This document shows positions 7,899-16,721 of a stretch of 34,768 bases of DNA, in pieces. Position 1 is the stretch's first letter. The number at the start of each line of letters is the position of its first letter. The notes below the pieces were generated by a model. The model saw only the letters and a program-made list of their open reading frames with translations. It searched no databases and was not told where the DNA came from. A program made the position numbers and the translations under genes. Source of the stretch: a virus (Duplodnaviria; Heunggongvirae; Uroviricota; Caudoviricetes). The stretch is from the IMG/VR virus record IMGVR_UViG_3300029258_003331, one strand, 5' to 3'.

Positions 7899-10766
7899 AT
7901 GCCGGTACGTCGCGGATGGCACGTGAAGCAATCATTTTCGAACGACTTTGTGGGCATCATGGAAGCACTGGAGGAAAAATACGGCGACAAGATATTTGCA
8001 ATTCAGGGCATTGCCGGCGAGCACATGGACCTGGTTAAGTTCAGCAAACGGTTTTTCAAGAGCGCGACGGTAAGTGTGGCGGATGTGAGCGTAGATGGAA
8101 ATGCGAATGTCACCGAAAAAAACATCATGCAGTACAACTACGAGGCGAACAAAGCGTTAATGAAGTTGAACAGCCTTTATCTTCTTTTCAAGTGGGTCAA
8201 GCGTTTCTATGGTCATGACGCTGCGGAGGAGGCGCTGGAGAAGGTAGTCAACGGCGAACTTTTCGTCAATGACCTCGTAAACTACTCAATGCCGTATTCG
8301 TACTATCAGCAGACTCCTGTGATAGTGCGCGTAAATGGTGGTCCAACTCGCCTTCTGACCATGAAGGCGTTGTTTGAAGAGTATGAAGAGTTTGCCGAAC
8401 ACCATCCCGACCGTGAAACAATCAACATGACAAGTGTTTACAAGGAACTGGATTTTCATCGTGTTGCGGTGGGCAGCGACAGGAAGAAAATAGTGCTCAG
8501 CGGAAAAGCATCAGAATCCGTTTTGCAGCGGCACCGTGTGGAAGTACTCGATGGAAATGGCGAGTGGGTGGTACTCAAGAGAATACTTCGTCACCAGAAT
8601 GAACGTGGCTATGTCATTTATCAAACAAAAAATGGCGACATGGCTTTCGTGACAGACGATCATCCGGTTATCATGGAAGACGGGTCAGAGAAGAATGCGG
8701 AGGACCTGGTCGCCGGGGATACAATCAGGGGAAGCGAGAATACACTGCAATTACGTTCTATTGTCGATGTTCCTGCTGACATGGCGTATTTGATGGGCTT
8801 TATCGCTGGAGATGGTTCAGTAGGGCGGCACAAGTTCTACTCTGGCTCAAAGAATCTTACCGGCGAAGAGGTTGCTATCAAAGTGGATGAACTTCGCGGA
8901 AACATCCACATCTATCAGAAGAACATCGTCGAGACAAAGATTTACGAAGTGGTGACAAGGTTGTTCCCTGAGTGTGCCGTAAGGACGCGGGACGACAGGC
9001 AGATCGTCTTCAACTCAAATCATTTCAGGATGCTGCTTGCGAAGGTTTTTGGTGTTGGCTACGAATCGTCATATGCCAAGTCCCTTCCGAATAACGTGCT
9101 GGATTGGGACGCAGAATCGGTCAGCGCATATGTCGCGGGACTGGTGGACAGTGACGGCATTGTCACTCGGGGGTCTGTGAACCTTCGTATGTCGGCATAC
9201 GCAATTGTGAACCAATTGTCTGATGTGCTGGCGGCAATGGGTGTCTTCAATCATAAGAGTGTCGAGGAGATTGGCGAATCAAGTTCGGGACATGGTAAGG
9301 GTGGGGTTACATTCTTGTTCGGACTTTCATTTCAGCCTAATGAGGACATGATTGACGCATCTGTGAAGTTATCCTCTTTTGCGCGAGAGGGCGGGCTCAA
9401 CAGCAGTCTGGACACGAATGAGCGCACGAATGAAGTGTCAAAGACATTTCGATTGGATGCAGGAACGCAGAAGGTCACTCCCTCTGGTGAGGATGTTCTT
9501 GGGTTTGTATACGACATCACAACGGAGTCTGGCACCTTCTATGCTTGCGGAATGACGCAACATAACTGCTTTGCCTTTGATTTGCGTAATCTCTTGGCTA
9601 GTGGCATGGCATTTTTTGACGGTAATATGCCTATCAATCCTCCAAAGCGCAGTGACTCGTTTTTTGCCCTTCTCATTCAGTCGACCGCCTACATCAGCAA
9701 CCAGATTCTCGGCGCGGCTAGCTATCCGGATTTCTTTGTGGCATTGGATTGGTTTTACCGGAAAGAGATGGGTGAAGACTACGCGAAGCACCTGGATAGA
9801 AAAGAAACGTGGGGGAAGATCAAGAACCAATTCCAAAACTTGATTTTCTCTCTCAACTTTCCTTTTCGCGGAAATCAAAGTGCCTTTACCAATCTCAGCG
9901 TAATGGACAAAGGCTTCTTGGCGGAGTTGTTTAGGGGCTATGCTTATCCGGATGGCACCAAACCGGACCTGGATAGCGTCTTGGTGTTATCGCGGCGCTT
10001 TTTTGAGTATTACGCGGAAATCAACTGCGAAGAGGGCATTTTCACTTTTCCCATTATGACCTTGGCGATTTCTCTTGACGAAAACGGGGAGTACATCGAC
10101 CCCGAATTTGTTGACTGGGCTGCCGAAGCCAACTGCGCCAAGGCAACGGCAAACATTTTCCAATCAAAGCCCAATGCATTCTCCTCGTGCTGCCGGCTGA
10201 AATCCGAGTTCGACAAGGTAGCGAGCGACGGGTACCAAAATTCGTTCGGGGTTGGCGGTTTGTCAATCGGTAGCCACAGAGTAGCCGGGCTGAACCTGCC
10301 CCGCATTGCCATTTTGGAACGCGATGATCCGGATATCCTGGAAAAAGACTTGGCAGTTCTCCACAAGATTTTGGTTTCCCATCGACGACTTATCCAACAC
10401 CGCATTGAGACGGGTCACTTGCCACTCTACACGACAGGCTGGATTGACCTGCGTCGCCAATACAGCACGATTGGTTTTGTAGGCGGTTACGAGTATGTGG
10501 TGAACAAAGGACTCGACATCAAAAGCGAGGAGGGTATCCAAGCGCTTGCCAATGTGCTCCAGACCGTCGAACGTCACATCGCAGAGTGGCAGAAACACGA
10601 AAGGAGAGAAGGTCGCATACGCATTGTGACTGACGATGGGGAAGTACTGCATTTCGAGCCAAGCGACGAGTTGACGGTGAAACACGTATCCAATGGCAGG
10701 GTGTCCAAGGTGACGGCTTCTGAGTACATGGAGAATCAGGACAGTTACCTCTTGGGAATCGCTTGA
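7899..10766 (+). CDS. nrdD: Anaerobic (class III) ribonucleotide reductase, N-terminal fragment, intein-containing, no ATP cone
   Basis: GGAGG RBS with ATG 7899. Motifs DGNANV, MPY|CFAF, SNQILGA, FTNLS, TFPIMT, SSCCRL, LNLPRIA, QYSTIG. Stops before the NIEQ-PAE motif and the glycyl-radical motif. Confidence 0.9.
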   Translation: MPVRRGWHVKQSFSNDFVGIMEALEEKYGDKIFAIQGIAGEHMDLVKFSKRFFKSATVSVADVSVDGNANVTEKNIMQYNYEANKALMKLNSLYLLFKWVKRFYGHDAAEEALEKVVNGELFVNDLVNYSMPYSYYQQTPVIVRVNGGPTRLLTMKALFEEYEEFAEHHPDRETINMTSVYKELDFHRVAVGSDRKKIVLSGKASESVLQRHRVEVLDGNGEWVVLKRILRHQNERGYVIYQTKNGDMAFVTDDHPVIMEDGSEKNAEDLVAGDTIRGSENTLQLRSIVDVPADMAYLMGFIAGDGSVGRHKFYSGSKNLTGEEVAIKVDELRGNIHIYQKNIVETKIYEVVTRLFPECAVRTRDDRQIVFNSNHFRMLLAKVFGVGYESSYAKSLPNNVLDWDAESVSAYVAGLVDSDGIVTRGSVNLRMSAYAIVNQLSDVLAAMGVFNHKSVEEIGESSSGHGKGGVTFLFGLSFQPNEDMIDASVKLSSFAREGGLNSSLDTNERTNEVSKTFRLDAGTQKVTPSGEDVLGFVYDITTESGTFYACGMTQHNCFAFDLRNLLASGMAFFDGNMPINPPKRSDSFFALLIQSTAYISNQILGAASYPDFFVALDWFYRKEMGEDYAKHLDRKETWGKIKNQFQNLIFSLNFPFRGNQSAFTNLSVMDKGFLAELFRGYAYPDGTKPDLDSVLVLSRRFFEYYAEINCEEGIFTFPIMTLAISLDENGEYIDPEFVDWAAEANCAKATANIFQSKPNAFSSCCRLKSEFDKVASDGYQNSFGVGGLSIGSHRVAGLNLPRIAILERDDPDILEKDLAVLHKILVSHRRLIQHRIETGHLPLYTTGWIDLRRQYSTIGFVGGYEYVVNKGLDIKSEEGIQALANVLQTVERHIAEWQKHERREGRIRIVTDDGEVLHFEPSDELTVKHVSNGRVSKVTASEYMENQDSYLLGIA
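8298..9566 (+). mobile_element. Intein (423 aa, Ser1) with LAGLIDADG endonuclease
   Basis: Block A SYYQQTPV, block B VTDDHP, LAGLIDADG-like LMGFIAGDGS and VAGLVDSDG, block F VYDITT, terminal HN followed by Cys+1. Confidence 0.9.
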
Positions 10767-10812
10767 GGTTCCTTGTGTTGCCGTGGAAAACCGAGGTAGG
10801 TGGGGAAGCCAC

Positions 10813-12501
10813 ATGAAGTGCGAGATATGTGGAAAAACGGGATTCAAGAACAAGGACGGGGTTAGGAAACACCTGTGCCAAAAACATCCCGACTGTGACC
10901 CGGTGGACTACTACGACCAGCGTCTTCGGAAACAGGGAGAGGGAATCTGTCAAGCCTGCGGTGCGCCGACGACCTTTATCTCCTTCGGAAAAGGATACCG
11001 AAGATTTTGCAGTTGTTCTTGCGCAACCGGGCAATTCTGGTCCGACGATGAGAACCGGAGAATAAGAACGAAGCAGATTGTGAGCGGCACATCTACTGAA
11101 GAGGCGATACAAAAGCGAAGGGTGGCTATTTCGAAGTCGTGGAGGACGAGGAGTAAGGAGGCAAGAGAGAGAAGCCTCGCCAATATCAGGGTGTCTGGCG
11201 AGGAACATCAGTTCGGCACAGAAAAGCACAGACAGGCGATGATCCGAAGGTATGGTGCTGACAACTATTTCAAGACGGAAGAGTTTCAGGAAAGGATGAA
11301 AGGAAGAAGAGAAGAGATAGAGGAAAAAAAGAGACAGACGCACCTGAAACGCCGTGGTGTTAAACATTACGCCATGACGGAGGATTGGAAGGAAAGATTC
11401 AGACAAGCGGCAAGAAGAAGTCGGTATGAACTTTTCCTTATTCAGATGAGACAGAAGCAAATTGAGGCGTTGTTCGATAGAGCCTTTTTTATCGAGGCAA
11501 CGGCTGGTTTCAAATACAGATGCTTGCGGTGCGGTTTGGAGTTCGAGGGGGATAGCTGTGTCGCTCAATTGGTGTTTTGTCCATCGCAAGAACATAAATA
11601 CACGAGTGCGGCAGAAGATGAGATAGAGAAGGTTGTTTCGGACCTGGGGATTGCCTCCGAGAGGAACAGGAGATTTTACTACGACGGGACGAGATATCAC
11701 GAGATTGATGTATTTCTCCCGGGCTGCAGCGTGGGGATTGAACACCATGGGGCGTACTGGCATTCTGACCTGTTCAAAGACAAGTCATACCACCGTGAGA
11801 AGTACCTGTTTTTCCGGGAGAAAGGCATAAGGCTGATTCAGATTTTTGACAGCGAAATGGCGGACAGGTTTGAGTGTGTCAAGTCGCTGATTCGTTCCGC
11901 TGTCGGTAAGAATGTTTCCGTTTATGCCAGGCAATGTGAGGTGGCAGAAGTTCCCAGGAGAGACGAGGTGGAGTTTCTGGAACAAAACCACATCCAAGGA
12001 TCATGCATCGGTGGTTCCTTGGCGCTTGGTCTTTTTCGCGGTGGGGAAATCGTTGCTGTTGCCGTCTTTGGCAAGGCGAGATACAGGAAGGATTTTGATT
12101 GGGAATTGCTGAGGTTTTGTTCAAAGGCTGGATTGTCGGTCATTGGTGGTTTGAGTCGCTTGCTGAAGAGAGTAGAAGGATCGATTGTTAGTTACTGTGA
12201 TGTGCGCTTGTTCGATGGGCGCGGATACGAGAAGGTTGGGTTCCAGAATTGTGGACTGACTCAACCGAACTACTACTACTTCCGGAAAGGGAGCCGGAAA
12301 CTTCAAAGCCGGGTTAGGTTTCAGAAACACAAACTGCCGCATATTCTGGACGACTATGACCCGAGTCTTTCTGAATGCGAGAATATGATGAAAAACGGCT
12401 ATTACAGGATTTTTGACGCCGGCATGCTTCGATTTGAAAGGAAAACCTGTGAAATTCGTCAAAGCGACCGCAAACAGGAAACAGGAAAAAACAATCTATA
12501 A
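10813..12501 (+). mobile_element. Free-standing Hef-like homing endonuclease gene inside nrdD
   Basis: N-terminal Zn motifs (CEICG..HL..KH; CQACG..CSCSC), Vsr/DUF559-like EIDVFLP..GIEHHGAYWH, and a C-terminal ARQC..NHIQG..ELLRFC..SYCD..QKHKL domain typical of phage Hef-like proteins. Confidence 0.75.
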
Positions 12502-13045
12502 CATTGAGCAAATTCCAGCCGAGTCAATGGCTGTGCGGCTGGCTCAGATTGACCGCCTCATGGGGTTCAATCCGAGGGAATTTGAACTCTACTCGAACCA
12601 GTACATTCCGCTGGTTGAGGAAGCCAGCATTCACGACCGGTTTCGTATCCAGGGGCGCATTGACGGGTTGACAAGCGGGGGTGCCATCCTTCACATGAAC
12701 GTGGACGATGAGAAGCCCTTGGGAGCCCGGCAGTTCAAGCGCATCATGGAGCATGCGAAGAATAGTGGTACTGTGTATTTCGCGGTTAACTACGCCTACA
12801 GTGAGTGCGCGAAATTACACTACAGCATCGGGCGCAAGGAAATTTGTCCCGTCTGCGGCGAGCCTATCCAGCAGCAGTACACGCGGGTGGTCGGATTCGT
12901 GACACCAGTTAGGAGTTGGAATCCTGTGCGCCGTGGCTACGAATATCCAAATCGGGTTTTCTACTCGAATGGCGGCGTGGCTCCAGAGGAGCCCATTGCG
13001 ATTGAAGCAGTCGGGAAGTTTGAGGAGGTCTTGGCATCAGCATGA
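12449..13045 (+). CDS. nrdD: Class III ribonucleotide reductase, C-terminal fragment (glycyl-radical domain)
   Basis: NIEQIPAES, YSNQYIPL, SGGAILH, YFAVN, CxxxH..CPVC Zn site, TRVVGF. GTG 12449 with AAGGA upstream, overlapping the endonuclease 3' end. Confidence 0.88.
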   Translation: MKFVKATANRKQEKTIYNIEQIPAESMAVRLAQIDRLMGFNPREFELYSNQYIPLVEEASIHDRFRIQGRIDGLTSGGAILHMNVDDEKPLGARQFKRIMEHAKNSGTVYFAVNYAYSECAKLHYSIGRKEICPVCGEPIQQQYTRVVGFVTPVRSWNPVRRGYEYPNRVFYSNGGVAPEEPIAIEAVGKFEEVLASA

Positions 13046-13638
13046 AAATCGTTCAGGTGATTTTGGACAGTTTTCAGGAATACGAAGACTATCAGGCTCT
13101 CGTGCTTTTTTGCTCTGGCTGTAATCTTGCTTGCCGGGGGTGCTACAACTACGAAGAGATTACGCAGGGAGAGTCGAAAGGAACCGCTATTGAGTTGCTG
13201 GACGCCCATATAACGCCGCTGCACGAAGCAGCGGTCTTCCTGGGAGGTGAACCTACCCTTTGGGGTCAGAAACTCGTAGACGCCGCCGAAAGGGCTCATA
13301 CAAAGCACGCATTGAGGGTTAAGGTCTTCACGAACGGAATGATGCCTGATGTCGTCGAAAATGTGGCGTCCCGGGGAATTCTGGACGCCCTCAGCGTGGA
13401 CCTGAAGTGTATCTCTAATGCTAGTAACGTTTTAGGAACGACAATTGACGACGAGATGTATCTTCAGCGCGTTACAGAGACGGTGAGAGCAGCCCAGAAA
13501 TACAGAGTAGACGTGGAGTTACGCACGACGACCTTTCAGCACATTGGGGATGTGGCTGCGATTGAGCGTTTTGCCGCGTTGCATTTTCCAGGTGTTTCTC
13601 ACATTTTGCAGGCTGAGTTTACACCGGTCAGGTCATAA
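13042..13638 (+). CDS. nrdG: Radical-SAM activase for class III RNR
   Basis: CSGCNLACRGC (CxxxCxxC), FLGGEPT, KVFTNG. ATGA overlap with the nrdD C-fragment. Confidence 0.85.
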   Translation: MKIVQVILDSFQEYEDYQALVLFCSGCNLACRGCYNYEEITQGESKGTAIELLDAHITPLHEAAVFLGGEPTLWGQKLVDAAERAHTKHALRVKVFTNGMMPDVVENVASRGILDALSVDLKCISNASNVLGTTIDDEMYLQRVTETVRAAQKYRVDVELRTTTFQHIGDVAAIERFAALHFPGVSHILQAEFTPVRS

Positions 13639-13641
13639 TTC

Positions 13642-13650
13642 TTTGATATT
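13642..13650 (+). promoter_or_regulatory. TTTGATATT motif, copy 2
   Basis: Followed by GTGTCTTT, similar to TGTCTTT after copy 1. Upstream of the lipoprotein/metacaspase module. Confidence 0.4.
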
Positions 13651-13715
13651 GTGTCTTTCGTGGAGGATTCTTACCGGCTATCGTGTGGCCGGATATTCTG
13701 GATGGAGGAAATGAG

Positions 13716-14243
13716 ATGAGAGGCATGGGCGTATTGCTGGTTGTATTGGCGTCGATGTTTTTGGTGACGGGCTGTGAGCCGCCAGGGATGAATCCTCAGC
13801 GAGCAGCATTGCGAGGAAGTGGCGACATCTCCATAAACACGACGTTGGATTTGGTGCCGGCTGAACAGGCTCCAGCGATTCAGGAAAAAACAAAGGAAAT
13901 CGCAGAAGCCATGAGATTGTTCCTCAAGACCGGAAAGGTAGCCGACCTGACGATTCCGGAGGTTACGGAGGCGTTGGAAAAAATCATTCCGGAGAGGTAC
14001 CGATTCTTGCTGGAAATAGCCTTAGCCCAGATTGAGGGAGTGACGCTGCCAGTAGACGTGATAGGCATCAACAACGTTCGACGCATCGACGCCCTTTGCG
14101 TTGGATTGATTACTGGTTGCAACGAGTATGACATGAATGACCGTCCTCCGCCAAATGAGACTGAGGCGACGGCTACTCGAAGCGTGGAAGACCCCGTGGC
14201 GATTTTTGGCAGGGAACTCAAGAAACAAGTGATGAATCAGTAA
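13716..14243 (+). CDS. Putative lipoprotein
   Basis: Hydrophobic signal peptide ending in lipobox-like LVTG-C. GGAGG RBS. Confidence 0.65.
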   Translation: MRGMGVLLVVLASMFLVTGCEPPGMNPQRAALRGSGDISINTTLDLVPAEQAPAIQEKTKEIAEAMRLFLKTGKVADLTIPEVTEALEKIIPERYRFLLEIALAQIEGVTLPVDVIGINNVRRIDALCVGLITGCNEYDMNDRPPPNETEATATRSVEDPVAIFGRELKKQVMNQ

Positions 14244-14319
14244 ATCGACGTGACTGGTGGGCGGACAGTGGTGACTTGGGTCCGTCCACCAGATGTTTCC
14301 GCGTGATGAGGAGATGGCT

Positions 14320-15279
14320 ATGGGCTTTGTGCGGGCGATTGTGGCTTTCTTCAGGAAACTACTTGGATTTGGAGGCGTGAAACCAGTGGCAGATGAATCG
14401 ACAAACCCTTCGACGCCAGCGGATTCTGTAGTGCCCATGAAGAAGAATCGCTACGCCTTGTTGGTGGGTATTAACAAATACGCGATGCCCGGAGCAGATT
14501 TGCGTGGGTGCGTAAACGACGTGGAAAGCATGTGGGAACGGCTGACGAAACTTTACCATTTCGACCCTGATAACATCCGGGTGCTCACTGATGCTCGCGC
14601 GACCAAGGCTAACATCATACAGCGACTTGAATGGCTCGTTCAGGTTGCGAAGGCGGGCGACCATCTCGTTTTTCATTTTTCTGGGCATGGTTCTCAGACG
14701 CGTGATAGAAACAATGATGAACTAGATGACCACCTTGACGAGTTGCTCTGCACGCATGACATGGATTGGGATGACCCACTCACTGATGACCTCCTGGCTA
14801 CCTATTTCAAGCGTGTAGCCAAGAAAGGCGCGCGTCTGACCTTTGTCGCAGATTGTTGTCACAGTGGCACCGTTGATAGGGGGACGTTCGGAAATCCCCA
14901 CCCAACTGGAATTCGTTATCTGCGTCCTCCTGTTGATATCATGCTGCGAAGCCATGGTCGGTCACTGCAAAGGAAGCGCGTGGGGTGGCGGGAAGTTGGA
15001 GTGCGCTCGAACGATGTTACGCGTATCAATCCCCAAAACCACATGTTGATTTCGGGTTGTCGGGATGACCAAACGAGCGCAGATGCCTACATTGACGGCG
15101 AATACCAAGGTGCATTGACAGCCACTCTAACGAGCGTGTTGGATGAGATGCCAGATGCGGACTGGATAAGCATCCACCAGAAGGTCATTGGCGACTTGAA
15201 GGCTGGCAGATATAGCCAGATTCCCCAATTGAGCGGACCTGACGACATGTTGGATGTTGTTCCCTTCGGAGGAATATGA
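14320..15279 (+). CDS. Metacaspase (peptidase C14 family) with N-terminal amphipathic helix
   Basis: ALLVGINKY, LRGCVND, HFSGHG and ADCCHSG dyad motifs, ISGCRDDQTSAD, GALT. Confidence 0.9.
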   Translation: MGFVRAIVAFFRKLLGFGGVKPVADESTNPSTPADSVVPMKKNRYALLVGINKYAMPGADLRGCVNDVESMWERLTKLYHFDPDNIRVLTDARATKANIIQRLEWLVQVAKAGDHLVFHFSGHGSQTRDRNNDELDDHLDELLCTHDMDWDDPLTDDLLATYFKRVAKKGARLTFVADCCHSGTVDRGTFGNPHPTGIRYLRPPVDIMLRSHGRSLQRKRVGWREVGVRSNDVTRINPQNHMLISGCRDDQTSADAYIDGEYQGALTATLTSVLDEMPDADWISIHQKVIGDLKAGRYSQIPQLSGPDDMLDVVPFGGI

Positions 15280-15428
15280 TGATTAAGCGCAAGGAACAAC
15301 GCAAGCCCGAGCAGAAGTGTTTCAAAGACAAAGATGGCGTTCTCAAGACAGCCGCCGTCAAGAAACAAACGGCGGGCTCTGGCGTCAAAATCGGTGACTC
15401 TTCTGCGGTGACGGTCAAGGGACGGTAG
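15276..15428 (+). CDS. Small basic protein (50 aa)
   Basis: ATG overlapping the metacaspase stop with GGAGG upstream. MMIKRKEQRKPEQK... Confidence 0.45.
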   Translation: MMIKRKEQRKPEQKCFKDKDGVLKTAAVKKQTAGSGVKIGDSSAVTVKGR

Positions 15429-15496
15429 CGACTGTTGCTGTCTCTAGCGGATTCGAAGGGGCATCTCAAGCGTTGTGGCTATGAGGAGGACTAACC

Positions 15497-15721
15497 ATGG
15501 TGAAAGGTTTTCTGTCATGGTTATGGGACCTGCTTCAGTGGCTGGTGTCAGTCTTCCGGAAGAATGACGTAGCCGAGGAACAGGTAAACAGCGTGGTAGA
15601 TGCGGCGAACGAGGAGGATAGCGTGGTGTCTGAGCATGACGAGATTGATGCGTCGAACTCAGGCGTCGTGGAAACCGAGGATGGTGGCTTGAATTTTGAT
15701 GAAGTGAGGCGACCGAAATGA
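15497..15721 (+). CDS. Small protein with N-terminal amphipathic helix and acidic tail
   Basis: GAGGAGG RBS. MVKGFLSWLWDLLQWLVSVFRK. Confidence 0.65.
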   Translation: MVKGFLSWLWDLLQWLVSVFRKNDVAEEQVNSVVDAANEEDSVVSEHDEIDASNSGVVETEDGGLNFDEVRRPK

Positions 15722-16125
15722 CGAGACTCTTCATGCTGTGTGCCGCGCTCGTGTGCCTGGTTGGGTGTACCGTTAATGTGGGACACAGGCAGGAGTTCGT
15801 CTATGAGCGTTATCCTGTCTATCCTGTGGCTGAGATGGAGAGGCTGGAGAATATTAGCGGCGCGGAGATGATGCCCTACAAGGAACTCGCTGAACTGGTC
15901 AGAAAATCCCTTGAAGATGGTGCCAAAGACATCAGAAAGGAAGAGGCAGCGCGTATCTTAGCCGAGGCAGATGAAAAAAGAGAAGAAGGTCGCCAGAAGG
16001 TAAGGCGGAATATCGAGAAATTGCTGCGCTGGGGTCGCAAAAATGAGGCTACAGTGCGTTCATACAACGAATATGCCAGAGGAAAGAACGAACGAATCAA
16101 GTTGTATGAAAAACTGGAAAGGTAA
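15718..16125 (+). CDS. Putative lipoprotein (spanin-like position, unproven)
   Basis: Lipobox-like LVG-C, helical body, ATGA overlap with the previous gene. Confidence 0.6.
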   Translation: MTRLFMLCAALVCLVGCTVNVGHRQEFVYERYPVYPVAEMERLENISGAEMMPYKELAELVRKSLEDGAKDIRKEEAARILAEADEKREEGRQKVRRNIEKLLRWGRKNEATVRSYNEYARGKNERIKLYEKLER

Positions 16126-16283
16126 AGCGCAGACCATTACCGAAAGGAATTCGTAGGTTTAGCGATTGATACCGCCCCGGGAGTCATAACTCGGGAAAAG
16201 AAAAGACCTTTCACACCTGCAACACATCATCATTTCCGGTCGAGTCCTGACCGAGACGGCCTTGCCGATATGTTTCATATTTA

Positions 16284-16292
16284 TTTGATATT
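16284..16292 (+). promoter_or_regulatory. TTTGATATT motif, copy 3
   Basis: AT-rich intergenic site ahead of the fibre operon. Confidence 0.4.
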
Positions 16293-16312
16293 CGCCTCCT
16301 TTATGAGAGGCG

Positions 16313-16708
16313 TTGTCGCGAGGACGTATTGTGATCAGAGAGTGGACCGCCGACAGATCATTCTACCTCGGGGACGTTCAACAACAGATCGTCCCTGTGC
16401 ATGACCGAACCATCGTCCAAATCGAGGCTGGCGAGGTCATCTGCGAGTCCGAGTCTCGTAATGCTGTACTCATCAAGGGTCGTTGGCTGATTCAGGACGA
16501 CGAATCCTGGAAAGGCTTCTGCAGCGTTACGGCAACCTACCAAGAAGACGTGCTCGGCAACATCAAATATACGGGAGGAGGCGGGGGAGGCTATACGCCG
16601 GATGACCCAACCCAGTGGACGTCTCCCCCTCCGACCACCACAAGTGAAGCGCTCGACCGACTGGTAGAGTTTATCAATGACCATGTCGGTGGCCCAGCGA
16701 AGCCATAG
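16313..16708 (+). CDS. Hypothetical virion-associated protein
   Basis: TTG start with GAGG upstream. Gly-run and P/T linker near the C-terminus. Confidence 0.55.
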   Translation: MSRGRIVIREWTADRSFYLGDVQQQIVPVHDRTIVQIEAGEVICESESRNAVLIKGRWLIQDDESWKGFCSVTATYQEDVLGNIKYTGGGGGGYTPDDPTQWTSPPPTTTSEALDRLVEFINDHVGGPAKP

Positions 16709-16721
16709 TGAGGAGCGGGCC

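Noticed and set aside
10519-11763. 414-aa minus-strand ORF (likewise 4332-5369, 2641-3372 and those opposite the repeat protein)
   Set aside because: Antisense shadows of well-supported + strand genes, with no recognisable motifs.
10602-12487. Group I or group II intron explaining the nrdD interruption
   Set aside because: No U|...G| splice pair at the homologous junction, no P7-type or GUGYG/AY signatures seen, and almost no non-coding space for a ribozyme core.
12449-12520. Split intein C-half (MKFVKATANRKQEKTIYNIEQ resembles DnaE-C starts)
   Set aside because: YNIEQIPAE is native NrdD sequence, there is no terminal HN followed by C/S/T, and the N-fragment tail does not begin with Cys or Ser.
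16126-16280. Riboswitch in the intergenic region after the lipoprotein
   Set aside because: Only short hairpins, with no consensus aptamer I could match.
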